64,000 bases of DNA from a virus, in IMG/VR virus record IMGVR_UViG_3300009157_000016, positions 1 to 64,000 of that record; one strand, given 5' to 3'. Shown here in pieces: positions 46,057 through 53,548 of the stretch. The notes under the pieces were generated by a model, which saw only the letters and a program-made list of their open reading frames with translations, was not told the origin of the DNA and did not search any database. Positions within the stretch are counted from its first letter, which is position 1; the number at the start of each line of letters is the position of its first letter. A program made the translations under genes and the position numbers.

Positions 46057-47047
46057 TTCCTTCCTCCAGCAGTAAGGCCCCCTCACGCTTGAAAGGGGCG
46101 GATACCTTCTCGACGACAGTGAACTCTTCAAACACGACCTTGGGATCTTTTGAGGCGATCTCCTTGGCGCTGGCTCTGCGCCGCTCCTTGGCCTTTTGGA
46201 CCTTCATCTCAACACCATACACTTCCAGGTCCAATCTGCGGCATTCGTCAAGAACTGCTTTCTTGACACGCTGCCATTCAAAGGCTTCCTCGCGTGTGAG
46301 ATCCACGGTGATCTTGACGTGGTCGCCTTGCTTCACCTGACCGTCAATCTCCCCCACTTCCCTGATTGTGAGGCTGCGCTTGGCGGGCGCTTCAAAGTGG
46401 ATGTCGTCAAGCAGGTCGTGCTTCGTATCCAGCAAGACGCAGCGCGGCTGAAAATCGTCGCCAAAGCGCACATGATAGGGCGCGCCAACGTAGGCGACAG
46501 CGCCGACGTCCTGCGGGCGGTGTATGTCACCGGCCAATATGCGTTTGGCGCGTAGGCGCTCAATTGTCGCGGTCTCTAGGCCGTTCAGACGTGCCCCGGA
46601 CTCAGCTATGGCCCCTTCAATGCATTGGTGAATGAGGATGTAGTCCGGTCGACCCTCCAGCCAGTTAAAATCAGGCCATCCGTCCCATTGGTGCGGCACG
46701 CACAGAAAGTGGATGCCAGCGATTTTGAGCAGCATTGGCGTGGTGATGAAGCTGATCCCTTCCAGCCCGCTGAGGAACTTGAAGAAGGGATTCGCAGGGT
46801 CAACGTAGTCGTGGTTCCCTTGCAGCACGTAAACCGGTGGAATTAGGTGCTGCAATCCTTCCACGATCGCGTTGACAAGCTTCGCGCTATGCTTGTCTTT
46901 CTTGTCAGTGAGGTCGCCAAGGATGAACGTGAAGTCGACATCGTGTTGCCGCTGTTGCTTGCGCAGCCACGGCCATAAATCGAAACGATACTTATCCTTC
47001 GGCCGGTCAGTCATGTGCAAGTCACTCGCGAAAAGACCTATGCTCAT
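46019..47047 (-). CDS. SbcD/Mre11-like metallophosphoesterase nuclease
   Basis: SDLH, LGDLTD, GNHD, GDIH motifs. Confidence 0.92.
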   Translation of the reverse strand: MSIGLFASDLHMTDRPKDKYRFDLWPWLRKQQRQHDVDFTFILGDLTDKKDKHSAKLVNAIVEGLQHLIPPVYVLQGNHDYVDPANPFFKFLSGLEGISFITTPMLLKIAGIHFLCVPHQWDGWPDFNWLEGRPDYILIHQCIEGAIAESGARLNGLETATIERLRAKRILAGDIHRPQDVGAVAYVGAPYHVRFGDDFQPRCVLLDTKHDLLDDIHFEAPAKRSLTIREVGEIDGQVKQGDHVKITVDLTREEAFEWQRVKKAVLDECRRLDLEVYGVEMKVQKAKERRRASAKEIASKDPKVVFEEFTVVEKVSAPFKREGALLLEEGNADQLRHAGQER

Positions 47048-47610
47048 ATGTTGGGGATCCATTTTTGGAGGGGGGTGGAGCCATCCACGTATAGCGGGTG
47101 GCGGGGATGGCGGTCCTTGGTCGTGCCAAGGCAGTACACGTCCTTGCCTGAGTGTTCCAGGATGCCGGCTACCGCGTCAGCGTAGTGCTGGAGCTTATTT
47201 GGAACCTTCCCCCACGCCGCTATGATGAAGCTTGCCTTGGCCGCATACTTCTTGATCAGGAAGTGATTGTCGGCCGAGCAGGGTTCCTTGCCTATCAGGT
47301 CCTCCGGGTGCGTGAACCGCAGATCCATGACGTTCATCTTCATGTAGGAAGTCATGATCAGCTTGTCGGTGAACAGGCACTCCCGCGCAATGGTGGGGTC
47401 GTTCATGGTGGCAATGGCGGTGCTTGGATTCATGCCTATCCACAAGGCAAAGCGGTCGTCCTCAAACCGCCTTTGTCTGTTCCACCAACGGCGCAGTGTC
47501 AGTCGGTATTCCTGATTGCGGCCGGCGAACGAGGCGTCGCCGCCCATGCCGGCCGGCATCCTTAGGAGCTTCTTTCCGCCGGGGTCGTGCTTTGGAGCGA
47601 AGAACGTCAT
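47044..47610 (-). CDS. DUF1643-family protein
   Basis: YRLTLRRWW, WIGMNPSTA..NDPTI, IAAWG, HPRHPLY. Confidence 0.85.
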   Translation of the reverse strand: MTFFAPKHDPGGKKLLRMPAGMGGDASFAGRNQEYRLTLRRWWNRQRRFEDDRFALWIGMNPSTAIATMNDPTIARECLFTDKLIMTSYMKMNVMDLRFTHPEDLIGKEPCSADNHFLIKKYAAKASFIIAAWGKVPNKLQHYADAVAGILEHSGKDVYCLGTTKDRHPRHPLYVDGSTPLQKWIPNI

Positions 47611-47830
47611 GACGCACCTTTCCACGTTCTTTTAGTTTCACTTTCCTTCCCAACGACCAGTAGACGACCAAGACCCTCTTCGATTGTCGCCACTTGACTA
47701 TGTGGCAGGGAGCGAGGACACGTCTCATCTGCCAGACTTGTTCGAGAAGCTCCTTCAACGTGCAGCCGGGCTCACGGCGGAACTTCCCTTTTATGGGAAT
47801 GCGGAAGAGGGTCGGGTCGTCATCCTTCAT
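47462..47830 (-). CDS. hypothetical protein
   Basis: ATGA-coupled to the resolvase; its 3' part overlaps DUF1643. Confidence 0.45.
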   Translation of the reverse strand: MKDDDPTLFRIPIKGKFRREPGCTLKELLEQVWQMRRVLAPCHIVKWRQSKRVLVVYWSLGRKVKLKERGKVRHDVLRSKARPRRKEAPKDAGRHGRRRLVRRPQSGIPTDTAPLVEQTKAV

Positions 47831-48345
47831 AGGCGCACGCGATCACGCAGCGGCCGGCACTTGAGAAAATCATCCCAAAAGATGACTTGCAGATTGAGTT
47901 GTGGGTAGATGGCTTCAATGCGGAAGATGCCCAGCAAATGGAAGCCCTTCTTGGTGCTGAGGACCAGTATGGGGAAATTGTTCTGGCGGGCAATGAGGAA
48001 CGGTATCTTGTCGAACTTCTCAGCATCCCGGCACAAGGCAAGCCAGAAGTTGACAAGGTTCCCCCTGCGCTTAATCAGCGCATCAATGTCCAAGTTCTTG
48101 AAATGCTTTGAGTCGACGAGGAAGTTGTCGACGAATTTCATGCCGGCTGGATCAATGGCGCTTATGTCACCGGCTTGCGCAGAGAGGATTGTGCCGGACT
48201 TGAAGGCAATGCTGGCCCGGCCTCCTGACATGGCGGTGCGCCAGAATATGTCCTCACGCTTGCCGCGCGTGACCCATTTGGATAGCTCACGGCAACAGTA
48301 GCGTTCGAACGTAGCGCCCTTTTTCTGACTACCGCCCTTCCTCAT
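47827..48345 (-). CDS. Holliday junction resolvase (PD-(D/E)xK)
   Basis: KKGATFER...WRTAMSGG...GDI...VDSKH; ends RDRVRL. Confidence 0.8.
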   Translation of the reverse strand: MRKGGSQKKGATFERYCCRELSKWVTRGKREDIFWRTAMSGGRASIAFKSGTILSAQAGDISAIDPAGMKFVDNFLVDSKHFKNLDIDALIKRRGNLVNFWLALCRDAEKFDKIPFLIARQNNFPILVLSTKKGFHLLGIFRIEAIYPQLNLQVIFWDDFLKCRPLRDRVRL

Positions 48346-48679
48346 CTACCCGCTCCCCTTTATCGTTGATAGGCCACTTCTCACCGCTGATAAGACGGAT
48401 AGTGACCATTTCCTGATGACGGTTCATCATGTCGACTTCGTATTCCGCCTTGCCGTTGGCGACCTCAATGGTGAACCGCATTCCCCTTAGCTTCTCGGGG
48501 TCGCTGATGTCCAAGCCGAACTCACGAAGCATTGCGAACGTCGTCGTGGTGGAGTGCATCCACGGAGTGTCTATTGTGGTGTAGCGCTGGCCGTAGATGG
48601 GCTCCACATCTTTGCCGAATGCGGTATCAGGAACCTCGCCGGTGTGCAGCGAGAATTGCATCCTGCGTAGCTCAACCAT
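48329..48679 (-). CDS. hypothetical protein
   Basis: MVELRRM start with GAGGAGG RBS. Confidence 0.6.
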   Translation of the reverse strand: MVELRRMQFSLHTGEVPDTAFGKDVEPIYGQRYTTIDTPWMHSTTTTFAMLREFGLDISDPEKLRGMRFTIEVANGKAEYEVDMMNRHQEMVTIRLISGEKWPINDKGERVDEEGR

Positions 48680-49724
48680 ACTTCCTCCTCTTGGGTATGA
48701 ACTCGTCCTCGATCTCATTCCAGAGACGACGGACGACCTTGTTGACGCGACGTGTCTCGCGGTCAAACTCCTTGTCGCTCATGTCGTTCAGCGCGTCGCG
48801 GTACTGAGTGAACTCCTTCTTCTCCGCCGGTATGTCAGCCGCCTTGAGACGCTTGATGGACTTGAGCCAGTCCAGCGAAGCCCCAAGGTCATCAATCCCG
48901 TAGCCAAAGATGAAGTCCATGTCGCACGACCTGAACGGGAAGCCGACCTTGTTCTTCTTGCATAGGGCTTTGATGCCGATCCCGTAGACGCGCTCAACGC
49001 CGCGAATGGTGCGCTTAAGCTGCTCCTTGTGGGACAGCCAGAGGATGTGCGTGGCGTAGAAGTCAAGCGCTTTGCCGCCAGCGCGGCGGTGCTTCTCCCC
49101 AAAGCTGACGTTGATGTTGTCCCGCACCTGTGAGACGATAACAAGGCAGACGCGGGCCTTGCCGATCTTCTTGGTCAGCTTGCGGAACAATTCAGACGCC
49201 ATCTTGGCCTTTGCCATGCCGTAGGTGGCGTCACCAATCTCACGCTCCAGTTCCTTCTCGTCGCTGAGGCCGTCATAGCTGTCCAGCACGTACATGCCGG
49301 GCACGTCGTCTTTGATGCAGTCGTCGCAGAAGCGTTCCAAGTCCCGTGCAAACGCTTCAATGGTGGTGATGGGGGCGTCCGGATCGCCGAAGTCTATGTC
49401 GTCAACCGGCGCGCCCATAGCCTGCGCATAGTCCATGTCGTAGGCTTCTTCTGTCTCCCGGTAGGCTGCCTTTCCCTTCGGGTAGTCCATGCAGAAGTTT
49501 GTCAGCCCCTCAGTGGCAAGCGCCGTCTTGGCCGTGCTCTTGTCGCCCACGATGTTGATCATACGTCCTAGGACGTAGCCGCCGCTGAGAACGTTATCAA
49601 GCAGCCCGCAGCCGCTTGACGTGAATTCCAGCTTCTCCTTTTCGGAGGTGAAATAGAGGTTGTCCTCTTTTCTCAGCTTGTCATAAGCCGTTTCATCCTC
49701 AAGCTTTACGCGCCGCTTTGCCAT
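48672..49724 (-). CDS. recA: RecA/UvsX-like recombinase
   Basis: SSGCGLLD..LSGG, GDKSTAKT (variant Walker A), VLDS, SQVRD, GGKALDFYA, KNKVG.PFR. Confidence 0.9.
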   Translation of the reverse strand: MAKRRVKLEDETAYDKLRKEDNLYFTSEKEKLEFTSSGCGLLDNVLSGGYVLGRMINIVGDKSTAKTALATEGLTNFCMDYPKGKAAYRETEEAYDMDYAQAMGAPVDDIDFGDPDAPITTIEAFARDLERFCDDCIKDDVPGMYVLDSYDGLSDEKELEREIGDATYGMAKAKMASELFRKLTKKIGKARVCLVIVSQVRDNINVSFGEKHRRAGGKALDFYATHILWLSHKEQLKRTIRGVERVYGIGIKALCKKNKVGFPFRSCDMDFIFGYGIDDLGASLDWLKSIKRLKAADIPAEKKEFTQYRDALNDMSDKEFDRETRRVNKVVRRLWNEIEDEFIPKRRKYG

Positions 49725-49931
49725 CTGGCCTCCAGTTGTAGACACGGCGCTGCTTGGGAAGGGGGTTGACCGCCAGATAATCCTGCCAGCCCTCGTATCC
49801 CATCGCCCGTATCTGACTTTGATCTCTGTCCAACCTTGCCCAAGGGATTTCGTCATCCATCTGCTCTGCAAGAGGGCGGTTATCTAGCTGGTGGGCGTAG
49901 ATGACGCCCTCTTGCAGGAGGTAGGCAGCCC

Positions 49932-51503
49932 TTAGTCCCGGTCGCGCCTCCGGCGGTCCCGGTCGTCGTCCGGGTCGTCATAGCGGGTGCGCTTCTTGTC
50001 ACCGCGATCGTCGTCACGGTCGCGCTTGCGGTCACGGTCGTCGTCATCATCCCGACCGCCGCGCTTCTCGCCGACGTCACGTTTGCGGTCGTCGTCCTTG
50101 TCCCGGTCCTTGCTGCGCTCACGCATCTCAGCAAGACGGTCCTTCACGTTGCGGCGCTCACCCTTGTCGTCGTCATCGCGCTTCCGGTCCCGGTCCCGGT
50201 CATCGTCATCACGGTCGCGACTGCGGCTGCCACGGTCAACGTCATCCCGGTCACGGCTGCGGCGGTCGTCCTTGTCGTCGTCACGGTCACGCCCGCGCCG
50301 GTCATCACGGTCGTCATCCCGGTCACGGCTGGCACGACGATCATCCCGGTCATCATCACGGTCACGCCGGCCACGACGATCGTCGTCGTCTTCGCTCCTC
50401 TTCCGTGACGACCCACGGTCATCATCACGATCGTCGTCCCGGCCACGGCCGCGCACCGAACCACGATCATCATCATCCCGGTCACGCCGGCCACGGCCTG
50501 AGCCGCGTTCGTCATCATCCCGGTCACGGCTGCGCCCGCCGCGCCGGTCGTCATCCCGGTCACGGTCACGGCTACGGCCACCACGACGATCGTCTTTGTC
50601 GTCGTCGTCCGTTTCAACGCGGACGTGGCCGCCGAAGGCCGCTTCAATGTGGTCGTAGTCGTGGTATTGCAGGACATCAGGGATGGGATTTTCCTTGATG
50701 TAGTCCAGCACGTCCTGCATGTCACGCTTGTTGTCCAAGATGGGACCGCTGGGGAGGATCTTCATCTTGGACGCCGGGTACTTGGTATTGCGGCCGGTGC
50801 CTTCACGGTAGAAGCGGATGTCGTTCCCGTCGTAAGGGTCATCAATGTAGATGAGCGCCTTGGTGTCCTCGTCAACCGTCAGGTTGGCGATGTCCTTGTC
50901 GAACGTCCACGCCATTGCCCAAAACTGAGCGCCTTCGTCAGGAGCGTTCTTGTCAAGGACCCACACGCCCTTCCGCTTCTTGGGCGTCAGGGCTTTGGCC
51001 AGCTTCTCGTCGCCGTCCTTTTCAGCATCACGGCGGGCCTCATCCAGCGGGTCCCTCTTGCCCAGCATCTTGCTGAGGCTGAGGTACGTCTGCGAGTCGA
51101 CGCCAATGCCGTAGTTGCAGTAGATGTCGTAGCAGTAGTACTTCGCATCGTCCCACGTGGGCGGCAGGATGCGGATCGTGTTCTTGCCTTCCTTTGGCTT
51201 GAACACCTTGATCCCATCCTTTACGATGGAGTCGAAGTTCCCTCCGCTTTGGTTGGCGGCTTCCCGCACGGCTTCACGCGACGTGCGCTTGTAGACAAAG
51301 CTACCACCACGACTGGAGCCGCGATCATCATCACGGTCACGATCACGCGAACGACCACGGTCACGATCCCGGTCATCGTCGTCCCTCCCACGGCTTGAGC
51401 GCCTGTCGTCATCATCCCGGCCACGGCGACGATCGTCGTCCCGGTCACGGTCGCGATCCCGGTCATCATCCCGGTCACGGCGTCTATCGTCATCACGTGC
51501 CAT
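49932..51503 (-). CDS. gp32-like single-stranded DNA-binding protein with Arg/Asp-rich N- and C-terminal tails
   Basis: Core FKPKEGKNTIRILPP...DDPYDGNDI...GTGRNTKY; RDRDDD repeats on both sides. Confidence 0.8.
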   Translation of the reverse strand: MARDDDRRRDRDDDRDRDRDRDDDRRRGRDDDDRRSSRGRDDDDRDRDRGRSRDRDRDDDRGSSRGGSFVYKRTSREAVREAANQSGGNFDSIVKDGIKVFKPKEGKNTIRILPPTWDDAKYYCYDIYCNYGIGVDSQTYLSLSKMLGKRDPLDEARRDAEKDGDEKLAKALTPKKRKGVWVLDKNAPDEGAQFWAMAWTFDKDIANLTVDEDTKALIYIDDPYDGNDIRFYREGTGRNTKYPASKMKILPSGPILDNKRDMQDVLDYIKENPIPDVLQYHDYDHIEAAFGGHVRVETDDDDKDDRRGGRSRDRDRDDDRRGGRSRDRDDDERGSGRGRRDRDDDDRGSVRGRGRDDDRDDDRGSSRKRSEDDDDRRGRRDRDDDRDDRRASRDRDDDRDDRRGRDRDDDKDDRRSRDRDDVDRGSRSRDRDDDDRDRDRKRDDDDKGERRNVKDRLAEMRERSKDRDKDDDRKRDVGEKRGGRDDDDDRDRKRDRDDDRGDKKRTRYDDPDDDRDRRRRDRD

Positions 51504-51518
51504 ACACTTCTCTCCTCG

Positions 51519-51689
51519 TCAGGCGCTCTCGGCGCGGGTTTCTTTCTGCCCATGCTGGATAAGGCTCAGGAGTCCCTGAACGTATGCCAGCTTGGCGCGG
51601 TAGTATGCGATGAACACGAAGTTCAAGAAGCAATACAGCAGCGCCAGAACAAGGATCAGGACTGCTACGCCCAGTACGTCCTCAGTCAT
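51519..51689 (-). CDS. small membrane protein (56 aa)
   Basis: MTEDVLGVAVLILVLALLYCFLNFVFIAYYRAK...; GGTGAGG RBS. Confidence 0.6.
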   Translation of the reverse strand: MTEDVLGVAVLILVLALLYCFLNFVFIAYYRAKLAYVQGLLSLIQHGQKETRAESA

Positions 51690-52182
51690 CGTACCTCACC
51701 CTTCGTTTGGAACGGCCTTCAATGATCCGCTCCATGTTGCGCTTGGAACGATACTCGTCAGCCCGGCCGCCTTTGGTGGCGTCCGTCTGATAGTAGTTCG
51801 CTACGTACAGCCCTGCCAGATCCTTGAGCATGTAGGACCGCATTGAGAAGGACTCCTTCAACGTCTGGCACCTGTCCGCCCATTCCTTGGCGTCAAGGTA
51901 GCTCTTGGTGGCCTCAATGTGGTCGTCATGTATCTCAATGGCGTTCTTGATAGCCGCCTCACTGGCCTTGCCGTCCGACCGTTCCAGTTCCCTCCTGCAC
52001 TCAAAGTATAGGCGCGCGTCGATTTGGGACAGTTCCTCTTTGGCTGTGTCCCGGTCAGCGTTTGCCGCTGCCAATAGATCGCCGGCTTCATAGAACAATT
52101 CTGGTTGCCTGACCAATTCCATGTCTAGGTCAAGGCGGTCAATTTGCAGCGCACGGCGCAGTTCGCTAGGTTTTGCGGGCAT
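51682..52182 (-). CDS. UvsY-like recombination mediator
   Basis: LQIDRLDLDMELVRQP, KASEAAIKN, helical; next to SSB and RecA. Confidence 0.65.
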   Translation of the reverse strand: MPAKPSELRRALQIDRLDLDMELVRQPELFYEAGDLLAAANADRDTAKEELSQIDARLYFECRRELERSDGKASEAAIKNAIEIHDDHIEATKSYLDAKEWADRCQTLKESFSMRSYMLKDLAGLYVANYYQTDATKGGRADEYRSKRNMERIIEGRSKRRVRYDD

Positions 52183-52214
52183 GGTTCACCCCTCCGTTTT
52201 CACATATACCTTTC

Positions 52215-53192
52215 CTAGGCCCGGTGGAGTTCCAGAACCAAGCCAATGGAAACGTAGAGGGGAGCGTACTTGGCGGAATTGTCATAGGGCGTTGAGAAGC
52301 ATTCGATGATCCTCAGCAGGCTCGCAGCGCGGCGGTGATCAGTCGTCTTGGCCGCCACCTTCGCCATGTAGTGGCACGTAACGATGCGAATGCTTTCAGC
52401 GTCCTGATTGGCTTCCTCCATGTCCTTGCAGATGCGCATGGCGTCCTTCCATGTGCCCTTGGGCTTCATGAGGAACTGGCAGAAGTCATTGATTTCCTTC
52501 GTCTCACCGGCCAGCCTTAGCGCCTCACGCGCGTCGGTCACCGTTTCGCAGTACTCAACCTTCTCAAGGTAGGTCAAAGCCTGCCGTGGTGAGCCGCCGC
52601 TGTTCTCAGCAATCAGCTCTAGTATCTCATCCTCCACCTTGAGGTCCGCCTTGTCCATGACCTCGGCAAGGATGAGCAGAATTTCATCCTCACTGAGCGG
52701 CTTGAGATGGTAGTCAATGCACCGCGTCTTGATGGTGGCAGGAACCTTGCCGGGCAGCGTGGTGCAGAAGAACCAGTACACGTGCTTGGGCGGTTCCTCC
52801 GTGGCCTTGAGAATGCTGTCCCATGCGTTGCTGGACAGCTTGTGGCACTCATCCACGATGATTCCTTTGACCGGACTGTCGCCAATTGCCCGGTAGTTGG
52901 CCTTCTGGACAATGCTGCGCATGGCGTCCACACCGGTATGCGTGGCAGCGTCCACGTCGAGGATGTTCGCCAGCGTGATAGTGGCATCGTCGCTCTTGGC
53001 CCCAAGCAGGGCAAACTCGTTCGCCACAATGCGGGCAAGCGTCGTCTTGCCAAGGCCGGAGCCGCCCGTGAACAGGAAGGTGTGGGCACGCCCCTCCTTC
53101 ACGACCTTGCGCAAGGACTTCACGACGGCGTCGTGTCCAATGACGTCCTTGAATACGTTCGGCCGATAGGCGGTGTGTAGTGACGTGCTCAT
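52215..53192 (-). CDS. clamp loader, DnaX (gamma/tau)-like
   Basis: YRPNVFKDVIGH, GGSGLGKTT, DAATHTGVD, VDECHKL, LKATEEPP, TIKTRC. Confidence 0.92.
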   Translation of the reverse strand: MSTSLHTAYRPNVFKDVIGHDAVVKSLRKVVKEGRAHTFLFTGGSGLGKTTLARIVANEFALLGAKSDDATITLANILDVDAATHTGVDAMRSIVQKANYRAIGDSPVKGIIVDECHKLSSNAWDSILKATEEPPKHVYWFFCTTLPGKVPATIKTRCIDYHLKPLSEDEILLILAEVMDKADLKVEDEILELIAENSGGSPRQALTYLEKVEYCETVTDAREALRLAGETKEINDFCQFLMKPKGTWKDAMRICKDMEEANQDAESIRIVTCHYMAKVAAKTTDHRRAASLLRIIECFSTPYDNSAKYAPLYVSIGLVLELHRA

Positions 53193-53512
53193 CTTCGTTT
53201 ATCCTTTCGCTTCCCCTGTTGGCTCATGTGAAATATACCGTTCGCACAGTCAGGGCGCTCCCCATTGCACGGCCTCCAGTAGATGTGTCCGCACAACGTA
53301 CACTCAGTTGGCTTGTCACCGGGGAACGCTGGATACATCGTTCGGTGGTCACCGGCTTTGTACTCGGTCATGACCTCTATGGGTCCGTCGTCCAGCCTCA
53401 CCCGCTGACGGTGCGGCGGCGGGGCGGGCTCAGGCAGTATCAGGTCATCTTCGTCAAGCCTGACCCGTTTGCGGGGCACGACGGGCTCATCTAAACGCAC
53501 TCGCTTTTTCAT
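53189..53512 (-). CDS. protein with three RVRLD repeats and a C-terminal Cys motif
   Basis: KKRVRLDE, RKRVRLDE, RQRVRLDD; CTLCGH...C...C. Confidence 0.7.
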   Translation of the reverse strand: MKKRVRLDEPVVPRKRVRLDEDDLILPEPAPPPHRQRVRLDDGPIEVMTEYKAGDHRTMYPAFPGDKPTECTLCGHIYWRPCNGERPDCANGIFHMSQQGKRKDKRR

Positions 53513-53548
53513 CTGTTACCTCCATACGCCCCCGCAGGGCGCGGAGGC

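Noticed and set aside
49987-50658. Ser/Arg-rich plus-strand ORF resembling an SR protein
   Set aside because: It is the reverse complement of the Arg/Asp repeats of the SSB gene
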